Below, piece after piece: positions 36,710-46,553 of a stretch of 61,039 nucleotides of DNA. Under the pieces are notes generated by a model that worked only from the letters and a program-made list of their open reading frames with translations, did not search any database and was not told the origin of the DNA. The position numbers were made by a program, and so were the translations under genes. Position 1 is the first letter of the stretch. The number at the start of each line of letters is the position of its first letter. The DNA lies in IMG/VR virus record IMGVR_UViG_3300025902_000617; one strand, 5' to 3'. This DNA is from an uncultured virus (IMG/VR IMGVR_UViG_3300025902_000617) (Duplodnaviria; Heunggongvirae; Uroviricota; Caudoviricetes).

Positions 36710-37396
36710 CTACTTCCCGTTTTCCATTGAAAAAGCCAAGTATAGCAACGCCGCGGTGCCAACAATTGCAGATCCAGCGGTAAGCATCTTTACAGTTTCC
36801 CGATTTGCATACCACGCATCTTCGCGTATAATTTCCGTGGCCTTTTCCGGTTCGCTAGCCCTGCGTATATCTATGAATTCCGCAAGACACCCAACATTGT
36901 CAGAACTATCATATTTGTATACTACTGCTACAATATCTTCCCCCTCGGTATATCCGAGATTTGCGAGTGATAGACCAGATACACTATATACAAGCCCGGT
37001 TCCGGTTTCTATAATTTTCGTTCTGCTCGTTGCTGCGTTTATAGTGTAAATTTTCCCGCTTATTACAATCCTGTTCGAAGGTTTTTGATATAGCTCGGAT
37101 GTGGATTCATTGGTTTCTTCCACATCGGCAGATTTCATTACTGATATCGCAATGCGTTCGCATGTTACAAGAACTACGGGTTCCCCGGCTGCCATTCCGT
37201 GTGTCCCATTCTCCATTTTTATACATGACTTGACGCGCCATCCTTCTGGGGGAAGATATTCACCGTACGTCCCCGGGAAAGTACCTTTTGCATACCCGGT
37301 TATGTAGTAAGGACGAGAATCGTCGAGTATCTCGGTATATTTAAATGCGTTTAACGGAGGGGTGTTTTCTGTTGTTATATATCCGAAGTTACCCAT
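36710..37396 (-). CDS. C-terminally anchored protein, paralog of 37399-38325
   Basis: Shared N-terminal domain (TE..D..PYY..G; Y.PP.GW.V; HG.A.GEP), C-terminal TM. Confidence 0.7.
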   Translation of the reverse strand: MGNFGYITTENTPPLNAFKYTEILDDSRPYYITGYAKGTFPGTYGEYLPPEGWRVKSCIKMENGTHGMAAGEPVVLVTCERIAISVMKSADVEETNESTSELYQKPSNRIVISGKIYTINAATSRTKIIETGTGLVYSVSGLSLANLGYTEGEDIVAVVYKYDSSDNVGCLAEFIDIRRASEPEKATEIIREDAWYANRETVKMLTAGSAIVGTAALLYLAFSMENGK

Positions 37397-37398
37397 AG

Positions 37399-38325
37399 TT
37401 ATCTCCCCTCAGTTTTACGAATTGCATATGCGACTCCGCCGAATGCGGCCATTGCGACGAGTCCAACCACCCCGTACAAGAGCCAGTTCGGTTTTTCTAC
37501 AACTTCGTCGGTAGTCTGGTACCCGCATTGGAGTGAATTGTGTTCTACGAAGGTAAGTTTTCCGCCAACACAGTCAAAGCGGTCGTACTCCTGCGCGCCA
37601 CCAACCTCCCCACATTTATACGGAGCGCCCGTGGTTGTATAATCGCAAGTATCTCCCTCTTGGATGGTATTGAATGCCGCCGATTCATATCCAATGGTTT
37701 CTGAAGGTGACTGATATCCACAGCGGGTAGAATTGTGTTCGACAAATGTTATTTTCCCATTGATACAATCGTATCGATCATACATGTCTGCATTTAATTT
37801 CCCTCCGCCACACACCCAAGGTTTTCCGGCTACTGGGTAACAGTCGGATCCTTCCGGGGAATCGATAAGATACTTGGTCGGGGTAGAATCTGTTGCGATG
37901 AGGCTTTTCTCTGCTGCGACTAATATTACATTCACTGGCTGGATGGGCTGACAAACTTCTCCGTTTGCTACGTTTATACACTTTTGCTGTTCCGGGCACC
38001 ATGTTTCTCCGATGGAGCCATCGCAATCACACCCACCCATAAAGGTATTGCATCCGCAGCAGCCGCGGACTTTCGGGGCTGTCGGATCTGAAAAACCGCC
38101 AACTGGCTGAACCTGTACTCTGGTTGCAGGTTCCCCCGGAGCAACACCGTGACTTCCTGCTTCTCCAGCAATACTCCCTACAACCACCCATCCCGCCGGG
38201 GGAATATATTGCTTATACTCGCAGCATCCGGTACAAGCTTCTACCCATCCCACGGCATAGTACGGCAGAGTATCTTCCACCACTTCCGTGAACCCAAACT
38301 CGTTTATACTTACCATCGCAATCAT
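37399..38325 (-). CDS. Cys-rich C-terminally anchored protein with two internal repeats
   Basis: YDR(Y/F)DC..GK.TFVEHNS..CGYQ x2, PNWLLYG TM. Confidence 0.75.
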   Translation of the reverse strand: MIAMVSINEFGFTEVVEDTLPYYAVGWVEACTGCCEYKQYIPPAGWVVVGSIAGEAGSHGVAPGEPATRVQVQPVGGFSDPTAPKVRGCCGCNTFMGGCDCDGSIGETWCPEQQKCINVANGEVCQPIQPVNVILVAAEKSLIATDSTPTKYLIDSPEGSDCYPVAGKPWVCGGGKLNADMYDRYDCINGKITFVEHNSTRCGYQSPSETIGYESAAFNTIQEGDTCDYTTTGAPYKCGEVGGAQEYDRFDCVGGKLTFVEHNSLQCGYQTTDEVVEKPNWLLYGVVGLVAMAAFGGVAYAIRKTEGR

Positions 38326-38363
38326 CTCAATATCTGTCTGGAAAACTATTTAAATGTATGGGA

Positions 38364-38681
38364 TCACTCGTATAACCCCATGAGCATGAACGAACGCAGT
38401 GCATAGCTCGTGAATCTCCACGTGTTCCCAGTTTTTATTCTTCCCTTCAAGTTGTGTTGGCGCGGATACCTTACAATTTCCACTATGTTGTCACCTCTCC
38501 ACGATCTGAATGTTTGACAATTAAACCCAGATAGTTTTTTAATGTTATGCACGGTTTCACAAGTAAATTCCCCGTCTCCAAAACGTTTGAAAATAAGTAC
38601 TGCCATATCCCTTTCAATCTGGTTTATTTTTCCCAACGCTCCGATGTAACCCTTTGGTATATATTCTCTGCGCATATGCAC
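38364..38681 (-). CDS. Hypothetical basic protein (possible winged HTH)
   Basis: ORF fills the gap between neighbours. FG.GEFT..V pattern. Confidence 0.45.
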   Translation of the reverse strand: MHMRREYIPKGYIGALGKINQIERDMAVLIFKRFGDGEFTCETVHNIKKLSGFNCQTFRSWRGDNIVEIVRYPRQHNLKGRIKTGNTWRFTSYALRSFMLMGLYE

Positions 38682-38690
38682 CCCAAAAGT

Positions 38691-39908
38691 TTAGAAGAAT
38701 GAATGTACTCCACCAGCATCTTTCCACACCATCGAGCTTGCCGTAGTGCTGTAATAGATCGAATCCACCGGGGCGGCTGCATCTGCCATTACCGCCAATT
38801 TCAACGTTCCATCGCCTCGAAGTAGTGTATCTGTTGTAGACGCACTTGGATATGTCTTAAAATATTGCTCTGTGGCTGGAGTTGCGATGTTGGCAGCTTT
38901 TGTTCTTCGGATCCGTATATAATATGCACTTGTAATTGCTGCTCCCCCACCACCGTCTCCAACATGCGCCGATGCTGCCCACGTAGCTGGAGGAGTAAAT
39001 GAAATTTTACCAGAACGCACAAACCCGTTGGTCGCATCGGACACTGTGAGTGTAGCCCAAGTACCATCCCCGGTAGAATATTCCCAAGCCGGGGTAATTG
39101 TCGCACTTCCGTTAACTTGAGCAACATACTCGATAACTGCAAATGGTGAAGCAGAACCAATCACAATACCGCACAAGTTGGATGTAAACATTTTGTCATT
39201 GACAGCCGCATTAACAAATGCGTCGTCTCCGCTCGTTCCGGCGGAATTTACATGATCTATCACGGTTGCATACCCGGACAAAAATTCATATCCCTGTGTT
39301 GGATTTGCGGAAACAGCACCATCTATTTTAAGTGCATTTGTAAAGGCTGTCCCTACATTAACTGCTGTAACAAGTGCTGGAGAACTCCCCTTGGTGCGGG
39401 TAAATTTAAACCCATCTACCTCGGCGCCAGACGACGTGCATAACTCATCGTCGACATTAACCCGTATAACTTTTGAAAGATTTCCAGAAGCAAGAGCGCC
39501 CGTCTCATGTCGCATTGTTAAACTATCAACGTTTGAAAACCCTTGGGCGTGTGTTTCGAGTCTCAAATTGGTCACAAGTGCCCCGGATGCGTCACAATAC
39601 AATTTTGTAGCATATTCCCCGGTATGGCCGTATGCATTATTTTCCCATTCGCAGGTCTGTCCAATATTGTTTACCTTTAACTGTGGGCTTGTAAATGAAT
39701 GGTAATCGTCATAAATGACAATGCCAGTTCCAGCAGCGAGATCTGCGTTCCACCCGCACGTTTCCACAGTTGCATTTGAGGCGTTGACGAATTCATCTAT
39801 CATTGCCACCCCGCCGGTGTGAGTTCCGTCTTGTATAATTACGGTTTTTCCAACGTCGGATGCAGTGATTGTGTATAAGATTTTCGTATGTTCCTCCAGT
39901 ATAATCAT
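38691..39908 (-). CDS. Fibre/spike-like protein, C-terminal part (probably joined to 39793-40149 by a +1 shift)
   Basis: Ser/Thr/Gly/Ala-rich beta protein (D.TNGF..SG.ISF..P..W; YYIRIRR). Overlaps the upstream ORF by 116 nt and has no obvious SD. Confidence 0.75.
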   Translation of the reverse strand: MIILEEHTKILYTITASDVGKTVIIQDGTHTGGVAMIDEFVNASNATVETCGWNADLAAGTGIVIYDDYHSFTSPQLKVNNIGQTCEWENNAYGHTGEYATKLYCDASGALVTNLRLETHAQGFSNVDSLTMRHETGALASGNLSKVIRVNVDDELCTSSGAEVDGFKFTRTKGSSPALVTAVNVGTAFTNALKIDGAVSANPTQGYEFLSGYATVIDHVNSAGTSGDDAFVNAAVNDKMFTSNLCGIVIGSASPFAVIEYVAQVNGSATITPAWEYSTGDGTWATLTVSDATNGFVRSGKISFTPPATWAASAHVGDGGGGAAITSAYYIRIRRTKAANIATPATEQYFKTYPSASTTDTLLRGDGTLKLAVMADAAAPVDSIYYSTTASSMVWKDAGGVHSFF

Positions 39909-40149
39909 ACGTACAAGTTCCGGTTCTTGATGTTCCGAATCCGGTTGATGGAATTGTATATAAACTGACCCCCCATGTATTGGCTTGACTTATAACTCCT
40001 TTTCCACCCCACACCCGACCGGCAACCCACGTGTCACCATCTAACAGCCGCGACGGAAGTATTGGGGTTTTACTTCCGAGATATGTTTTCCCGGTGGTCT
40101 CTAGGTCTAACACAGTCTCTGTCTTTTTGCCATTTACATGCGCACCCAT
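39793..40149 (-). CDS. Fibre/spike-like protein, N-terminal part
   Basis: Fibre-like composition up to YDYTGGTYENL, then an Arg/His/Asn-rich tail that looks off-frame. Confidence 0.6.
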   Translation of the reverse strand: MGAHVNGKKTETVLDLETTGKTYLGSKTPILPSRLLDGDTWVAGRVWGGKGVISQANTWGVSLYTIPSTGFGTSRTGTCTYDYTGGTYENLIHNHCIRRWKNRNYTRRNSHRRGGNDR

Positions 40150-40152
40150 GGG

Positions 40153-41142
40153 TTATCGCCTCGTGGTTATACGCGCATAGTATGCAACAGAGCTTGCATT
40201 ATCCCACACAAGTTTAACCCCATCCCCAGACATGAGCACCATTGGGGAATCTGGTTGGTAGAATAAATCTGTGGCAGCAGATGTTTTCATATCGAGAGAG
40301 TACATTACTACCGAATAACCGCTTTCTGCCGACACATGATTTATAACAAACAGGTTATTCGACGTGTCGATTCCACTTGTCGCGTGATATTCAGCATATT
40401 CAAAGTATCTCGGTTCGGTGGCAGTATAGGTGAGAGATACGGCTCCGGATCCAACCGCGCTGACTCTATCCACGTTGATTATATTGTATACATATTCACC
40501 CGAAATATTTACAACGTTCCCGGATACCGATGCCTCGACCCATTGTCCGGATGCAAAGTAGTTTCCGCTTGTATTCACCCAGTTTCCGGAAACTGTACGA
40601 ACTATTCCACCAGATACAAGCACGGTAAGAACGTTTCCAGATACCGATGCTTTAACCCACTGTCCAGACGCAAAGTAGTTTCCGCTTGTATTCACCCAGT
40701 TTCCAGAGACAGTGCGCACTATTCCACCAGATACAAGCACAGTAAGGACATTGCCCGATACCGATGCTTCAACCCACTGACCAGACGCGAAGTATGCGCC
40801 GCTGGTGTCCACCCAGTCTCCAGATACGGTAAGGGCGTTGCCTGAAATCGAAACCGCGCTCCCACTTATATCAACCCAATTACCGGATACGGTGACAGCA
40901 TCCCCGGATATGGTTGCAATAACATCGGCTCCAGACTGACCGACGCACCATACTAGATCTCCAGATATATCAACGGTTATCTGAGCACCAGAAAGGTTGA
41001 GGACTGTGCCCGGGTCTTTCACCCAAGCGGACGCGCCAGCATCCCAGATATAGTTTTTTATCTGACCCTCCTTAATGTTATGAAGGTACTCGTTCACGTT
41101 CACCGTGTTTATTGCAGCTATCGCGGAACCACTATTTGTCAT
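40153..41142 (-). CDS. Short Ser-Gly repeat fibre, paralog of 15631-20190
   Basis: Identical modules (SGNVLTVLVSGGIVRTVSGNWVN; ASGQWVEASV) and a homologous FYQP..W.N C-terminal domain. Confidence 0.8.
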   Translation of the reverse strand: MTNSGSAIAAINTVNVNEYLHNIKEGQIKNYIWDAGASAWVKDPGTVLNLSGAQITVDISGDLVWCVGQSGADVIATISGDAVTVSGNWVDISGSAVSISGNALTVSGDWVDTSGAYFASGQWVEASVSGNVLTVLVSGGIVRTVSGNWVNTSGNYFASGQWVKASVSGNVLTVLVSGGIVRTVSGNWVNTSGNYFASGQWVEASVSGNVVNISGEYVYNIINVDRVSAVGSGAVSLTYTATEPRYFEYAEYHATSGIDTSNNLFVINHVSAESGYSVVMYSLDMKTSAATDLFYQPDSPMVLMSGDGVKLVWDNASSVAYYARITTRR

Positions 41143-41199
41143 AGATCACCAATCAATAGATATAATCACTTCCACGCTATTTAAATTTATCGTGAAAAA

Positions 41200-41358
41200 T
41201 TAGGATTTTAAGCGTAGAACTCTCAAGCACAAATTAATGGAACATTGCGTTTCATACTCGTCCCACAATTCGCATTCTGATTTTATGCATTTCCTCAGTG
41301 TCCCATCTTTCGATATGGATTCAATAAAGGGGCACACCCCGTCGCCGTACATTTTCAT
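41200..41358 (-). CDS. Small Cys-rich protein
   Basis: CPF...C....C.LW.....CS. ATGA overlap with the CCA enzyme stop. Confidence 0.55.
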   Translation of the reverse strand: MKMYGDGVCPFIESISKDGTLRKCIKSECELWDEYETQCSINLCLRVLRLKS

Positions 41359-42071
41359 CGTCCCTCGTTCGTTGGTTTCAACCACAACCCAGACGGCCTT
41401 GAAAACAAAGCGTGCATGATACCCGGGTATTTGCACAAGACCTCCATTGTAGTGAGCGTGTTATGCTTGAACATCTTGTATAGTTCATCCCGTTTTCTGT
41501 CTTCCGATATATTTTTATCAAGAAGGTTGATATAATACTCATTTCTAAGGAGATTTGTAATTGAGTTGACGAGATACATATCTTTCGTTATAGAAAATCG
41601 AAGCGCGCGCAGCATCCGGAGGGCATCTTCCAAAAACCTGTCTTTGGGATCTCCAACACACCTTATTGTTCTTACCTCGATATCGCGTAATCCGTTATAA
41701 GGATCAATAACTTCTCCTGTGGCAACATCCACGGCAATTGCATTCATCGTGAAATCCCTGCGCGCGAGATCGTCATAAATTGTTCCGGCATATACCTTGT
41801 CTGGTCTTCTTCCGTCTGTATAGTTACCTTCCTTTCTGCATAAAACGAAATCCGCACCCGGTATTTTTCCAAACAAATCGCTATTGACATGCGCGCGGAT
41901 GGTAAAGAATTGCGGCTGTTCCATGAAAATCTTACCGTGGTCGAGAACAAATTCACGCATTTCCGCGTAATTCTTCGCTTCTACTGCAAAATCAATGTCT
42001 TTGTTAGGTATTCCGAGGATTCGATCACGTATAACCCCACCCACTTCGTACACGCGGACTTGTCTTCCCAT
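41355..42071 (-). CDS. cca: Class II tRNA nucleotidyltransferase (CCA-adding enzyme, compact)
   Basis: VGG.IRD..LG...KDIDF, DLARRDFTMNAIA, DPYNG..D, RFLEDALRMLRALRF (EDxxR templating motif). Confidence 0.88.
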   Translation of the reverse strand: MGRQVRVYEVGGVIRDRILGIPNKDIDFAVEAKNYAEMREFVLDHGKIFMEQPQFFTIRAHVNSDLFGKIPGADFVLCRKEGNYTDGRRPDKVYAGTIYDDLARRDFTMNAIAVDVATGEVIDPYNGLRDIEVRTIRCVGDPKDRFLEDALRMLRALRFSITKDMYLVNSITNLLRNEYYINLLDKNISEDRKRDELYKMFKHNTLTTMEVLCKYPGIMHALFSRPSGLWLKPTNEGR

Positions 42072-42168
42072 GGTAATATGGTTTGACTTTCGTGGTTATA
42101 AACTTAACCCGTTGAGAAAGAATTAAATAGCTATGCGGTTTATATCTTATCAAGATGGTGGATAAATA

Positions 42169-43260
42169 ATGGTACTTTGTAATTTGACATCACTCCGTCA
42201 CGAAGGATTCGCCCCGGATGGAACGGCGAGACCCGGCGCCGATCTGCAATTCGTTTTGACCTTCGATTCTGCATGCGCCAAATGTGATAACACTGGTTTT
42301 TGCAGCAGCCCGGTGGAAATCGAATGGAGTGAAAATGGTGTTTATAAAGAAACCGTTTATGCGAGCGGATACAACGGCTCTCTCGGAGGATACGCAATCA
42401 GTCACCGTACCGTTGCTCCGGGATCCGGGTCTATCACTGTAACTGCCAAAAGTGCAAATATTCTGTCGTGGACAGTAAACGTTTCTTCAACTGACACCCA
42501 AGCCGGGAGCGTCCAGATAAGTAATTTGACATGCTACGGGGCTGGAGCTTCGCTTGCGGGAGATTGTTTCTGCGGGAATGCTGGAACACCCGGGTATATC
42601 ACCGTGACATTTGGAGCTACTGCGACAAACGTGGGAAATGGAATGGCATATTACGACGTGTATGTGGATGGTCGCGTGGTGCTTGAAAATCGGGTTGTGA
42701 ATATTCACAATGTCGGAGAACGAATCAACGATTCCGTAAATGTACCGTGCGCGTCTGCCGGATCGACAATATCGATTAAAGGAAAATCAGATGTTGGGGC
42801 TTCCGTAAGAGTTGGAGGATCCGGGTCGAATATGGAGCAATGCACAGCGGGCACACGATGTTACGGGGCAATCGGGCAGCGCTGTGTAAACAACGCGTGG
42901 GTCAACGATACATCAATTAACACTTGTGGTGGTGCCGGAAATATCGGTGGAAACCCGACTGGAGAGAATACCACGACCGGCGAAATCATCCAAGGGGATA
43001 TTATATCCAACAACGGCGGGATAGCGAATACATGTGAAGAGGGTTTAAAACAGTGTGCTGGTTCGATTGGACAGATTTGTTCAAATGGCATGTGGGTTGA
43101 TGATGCCACAATGAAATGCGGCGCCGGTGTCGTCGGTGGAACTGACATATTTGCAACACTAAAATCATTCTATGACAAAAATCCGATGGTTTCCCTATTG
43201 GGCATCGCTCTTCTGGGAGTTGTCGTATTTTCAGGTGGAAATAGCGGGAGGAAAGAATAA
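42169..43260 (+). CDS. Cys-rich Ig-like protein with C-terminal anchor
   Basis: Two beta domains, two C..G..C...GQ.C.N..WV.D modules, C-terminal TM. GGTGG SD. Confidence 0.75.
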   Translation: MVLCNLTSLRHEGFAPDGTARPGADLQFVLTFDSACAKCDNTGFCSSPVEIEWSENGVYKETVYASGYNGSLGGYAISHRTVAPGSGSITVTAKSANILSWTVNVSSTDTQAGSVQISNLTCYGAGASLAGDCFCGNAGTPGYITVTFGATATNVGNGMAYYDVYVDGRVVLENRVVNIHNVGERINDSVNVPCASAGSTISIKGKSDVGASVRVGGSGSNMEQCTAGTRCYGAIGQRCVNNAWVNDTSINTCGGAGNIGGNPTGENTTTGEIIQGDIISNNGGIANTCEEGLKQCAGSIGQICSNGMWVDDATMKCGAGVVGGTDIFATLKSFYDKNPMVSLLGIALLGVVVFSGGNSGRKE

Positions 43261-43547
43261 TGGACATGACTTATGCATACTACGACATGCTTCGTGAGCA
43301 GGATAGGAGACTATATCCGCGCGCGTACGCCGCGGAACGTTGGGGAGACCCGGAGAATCCATGGCGCGCGCGGTCGCTGGCATGTGGTTGTGATGGGAGT
43401 GAAATGAATGTCCCGAGGGCAGCATCTATGGCTGTTCCAGAAGGAATAGTTCAGAACGCGGGCATGCTTGCGGTATTTGCTATAGCGGGTGCGGTGGCTT
43501 GGTATATGTTTTCTGAGAAAAACGAGCGTAGATATCGCAGGCACTAA
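43260..43547 (+). CDS. Small C-terminally anchored membrane protein
   Basis: TM plus RRYRRH tail, TAATG coupling. Confidence 0.65.
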   Translation: MDMTYAYYDMLREQDRRLYPRAYAAERWGDPENPWRARSLACGCDGSEMNVPRAASMAVPEGIVQNAGMLAVFAIAGAVAWYMFSEKNERRYRRH

Positions 43548-43556
43548 ATAAAATCC

Positions 43557-43781
43557 CTATTCCAACTGTTTTGGATGCTTGCAATTGCAATGCTTATATT
43601 TCGAACCCTTTTTGCCGCTACCATTGCCGTCCAATGTATATAAATGTCCTTCCCCAAAATGTTTTTTGCACACGGCACAGCAAGCCTTTCCATAAACGTC
43701 CTTCCACGTCTTCGTTTTGTCTATGCGCGTTTTCGCAAATCCTTTTCGTGTTGGGATCCTATAGACACTACCTTCTTGCAT
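43557..43781 (-). CDS. Small basic Cys-rich protein
   Basis: CCAVC..HCNC, TATA-like box upstream. Confidence 0.5.
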   Translation of the reverse strand: MQEGSVYRIPTRKGFAKTRIDKTKTWKDVYGKACCAVCKKHFGEGHLYTLDGNGSGKKGSKYKHCNCKHPKQLE

Positions 43782-43892
43782 GTATAAGTATTTGTCGTAT
43801 GACTAAATAAATCTAACCGTGTCTAAATTGACGAACGGGACTCAAAATAGAGTGTATTTGGAAATTTGGTGAAAGATGGAAGGATACTTCCA

Positions 43893-44657
43893 TCAAATCA
43901 CTGCGGCACCCATGTTCAGAGGAACGTGGGGTGTGTGTACCGGAGTCGGAGTTGGACTCGGAGTGGGGGTCGGACTCGGCGTAGGGGTCGGCGTGTGCGT
44001 CGGCGTGTGCGTCGGGAACGGTTTCGGGGTTGGCTGAACAACCGGAGTCACTGGCTCGTTATGTGGATGTTCAGCGTCGCGAAAATCCCGTGGGGGGTTG
44101 TAATGCGGAGGATTCGGCATATCGTAGGGCGGGTTGTGGATGATGACCCTATCAAACTCGTGATAGTCCGGAGCCGGGCGAATGACAATCGGTGCTGGGA
44201 TATGATCTACGACAGTATAATGATACGTCTGGAATGCCATGTTATGCTGATACACGTCTGTGAGCTGATAAGCATTCGAGACAACATACGCCCCGTTATC
44301 CTGACCGACAACGGTGAAAGCATACATGTTTTCCGGGTAGATAGTACTCCATGTTGCATAGTTCGGGAGATAAAGCAGGTTGCCCTGTGTGGTTACTGCG
44401 GCATATCTTCCATTCGACATGGTTGTCGAAAGAACTACGAGATTCATAATCTGCGGGTACATCGGCTGCTGTACGATGATAGTGGCCGGTGCTGGTTCCT
44501 GCGTGGGAACGGGAGTTGCTGTTATTGCAACCTGTTGAGTAGCCGCGTGGTTCACGTACCCGCTCAACGCCATGTTTCCAAGTAACAGAAATCCGACGAT
44601 TGCAAAGACTATGATAACAACCTTTCCAATCATCTGGCTGTCAATTGTGAATGACAT
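43893..44657 (-). CDS. N-terminally anchored protein with a Pro/Thr-rich tail
   Basis: N-terminal TM, (PT)n repeats. Confidence 0.7.
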   Translation of the reverse strand: MSFTIDSQMIGKVVIIVFAIVGFLLLGNMALSGYVNHAATQQVAITATPVPTQEPAPATIIVQQPMYPQIMNLVVLSTTMSNGRYAAVTTQGNLLYLPNYATWSTIYPENMYAFTVVGQDNGAYVVSNAYQLTDVYQHNMAFQTYHYTVVDHIPAPIVIRPAPDYHEFDRVIIHNPPYDMPNPPHYNPPRDFRDAEHPHNEPVTPVVQPTPKPFPTHTPTHTPTPTPSPTPTPSPTPTPVHTPHVPLNMGAAVI

Positions 44658-44765
44658 AAACTACAGAGTATGTCACTTCAAGTATATAGGTATTTCGAGG
44701 CCGAATCGGATTTCGACATATAGTGCGACAGGTTTAAATATATAAGAGACACAGGTAATATAAGG

Positions 44766-45035
44766 ATGATGGTAATGCTTACTATGCTCGATACAGACGA
44801 TTTATTTTCACGCATACTCAACCTGCGCGAATGGATGCGAATTGCCAAGCAAAACCCGAACGTTTATGCAAATGTTCAGATGGTAAGCAAGCTTTCAAGC
44901 GAAATCATAAACGATCTCGTGGAAGAGCGCGGGGAGTTGCTCGAAGAGATAGATTTGTTAACAATCGAGATGCGCGCGCAGTCCCACGGGGAGTTCTGGG
45001 GGTATCGCAAGAAAGAAATACCCCCGTACGAGTGA
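44766..45035 (+). CDS. Hypothetical protein
   Basis: TTTAAATA box ~30 nt upstream. Confidence 0.55.
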   Translation: MMVMLTMLDTDDLFSRILNLREWMRIAKQNPNVYANVQMVSKLSSEIINDLVEERGELLEEIDLLTIEMRAQSHGEFWGYRKKEIPPYE

Positions 45036-45077
45036 GGCATACTTATATAAAGTTTCTGTTCATATATATAATGTATT

Positions 45078-45791
45078 GTGAAACCAAGATGCTTTTGCAT
45101 AGCCGACATCCACGGTAGATACAACGCACTACTGGAAGTGCTGTTAAAATCAGAATTCGATTTTGAACGTGATCTCCTTATTACCCTCGGGGATATAGTT
45201 GATGGGGGAATGAAAACGCGCGAATGCCTAGATCTGTTGCTTCGGATACCAAATCGTATCGATATACGAGGTAATCATGACACGTGGGGGTTGGGTTGGA
45301 TGAATGGAGGTAATGAGTTTCCACTCTGGACAAATCAAGGCGGACTAGAGACGTTACGATCTTACGATTTTGACAGGGAAAATGTCCCCCGCGCGCACAG
45401 AGAACTCATAGAAAACGCGCGCACATATTACGTGGACAAGAAAAAAAATATATTTGTCCATGGTGGTTTCAACCCGCTCGCTCCGATAAAGAACCAAACT
45501 CGTGAGTTTATCACGTGGGACAGGACTCTTATCAAGTATGCGCGCGAGCACAAGATACGAGGATACAAGCATGTGTTTATAGGTCATACCAGTACCCAGA
45601 TGATAGATAAAAGTATAACACATCCCATAACATTCAATAACTTAACTCTTTGTGATACCGGCGCGGGATGGAATGGAAAATTGTCAATTGTAAATGTGGA
45701 TAACCCAAGTGAATATTATCAAAGTAGAATGCAAATACCGAGATATGAACCAGACATTATATACGATAGTGAAATAAGATCCGACTGGTAA
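45078..45791 (+). CDS. Calcineurin-like metallophosphoesterase (phage Ser/Thr phosphatase type)
   Basis: DIHG, GDIVDGG, RGNHD, FVHGG, GHT, DTG. Confidence 0.9.
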   Translation: MKPRCFCIADIHGRYNALLEVLLKSEFDFERDLLITLGDIVDGGMKTRECLDLLLRIPNRIDIRGNHDTWGLGWMNGGNEFPLWTNQGGLETLRSYDFDRENVPRAHRELIENARTYYVDKKKNIFVHGGFNPLAPIKNQTREFITWDRTLIKYAREHKIRGYKHVFIGHTSTQMIDKSITHPITFNNLTLCDTGAGWNGKLSIVNVDNPSEYYQSRMQIPRYEPDIIYDSEIRSDW

Positions 45792-45800
45792 ATACAAATT

Positions 45801-46433
45801 TTAAGATGCGCGGGTGCGTTTTATATATTCTTCTTCTGATAAATATGAAATTCCATTATATTTTTCATCTACAAGTTTTGTGTAGTATTCAATTGCCCAC
45901 CCCGGGTGATTAGAAGCATAGCTGTGGCAGGAAACGCACAACGCTACAAACTTTTTATCTGTGATTTCTTCTCCGTTTTTACAGCATGTTTGCTTGTCAA
46001 AATTGACGTGATGTACATCCAATTCCTTTCCATTTTTTTCTTTCGTTTTTCCACATTTTACACACTGATTATTGTAATAAGATCTGACACGTCGTTTAAA
46101 ATGCTCGTTGAATTTTGGGCAATATGGTTCAAATGATACGCCGCCGCGCCAGAAGTGTGACTTTTCTCCGCTTGTATATAAACAGGATTTGCCTTTATTC
46201 CACGGCGTTCTGCCGTAACATGGATTATCTGTTCCGAATTTCCCGAAATTTGGATTGTTTTCTCCTCTCATTCGTAACGATATACTAGCGCGTTGTGTTT
46301 CGGACATGGATTTTCCATAATTCGGGTGATTTTTACCACGTCTTACTTTTGAGCACCAGTCCCCGAATGCAAGTATTTTTGGAGAATTCAACCATTTTTC
46401 GTATTCTGGAGTTCCCTTTTTCGGTGGTGGCAT
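45801..46433 (-). CDS. NUMOD3/HNH homing endonuclease
   Basis: GKNHPNYGK/GENNPNFGK repeats, CVKCG..LDVHHVNFDK..LCVSCH. Confidence 0.85.
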   Translation of the reverse strand: MPPPKKGTPEYEKWLNSPKILAFGDWCSKVRRGKNHPNYGKSMSETQRASISLRMRGENNPNFGKFGTDNPCYGRTPWNKGKSCLYTSGEKSHFWRGGVSFEPYCPKFNEHFKRRVRSYYNNQCVKCGKTKEKNGKELDVHHVNFDKQTCCKNGEEITDKKFVALCVSCHSYASNHPGWAIEYYTKLVDEKYNGISYLSEEEYIKRTRAS

Positions 46434-46553
46434 ATATTATAATACTATAGGCGCTACAATTTTATAAATGTAACCGTCTCCTCAACCTTTTCTTGAAAAG
46501 CGCGCGTTACATTTAAATATTCGCAGTGCATATATGTGTATTGGTGAAAAGAA

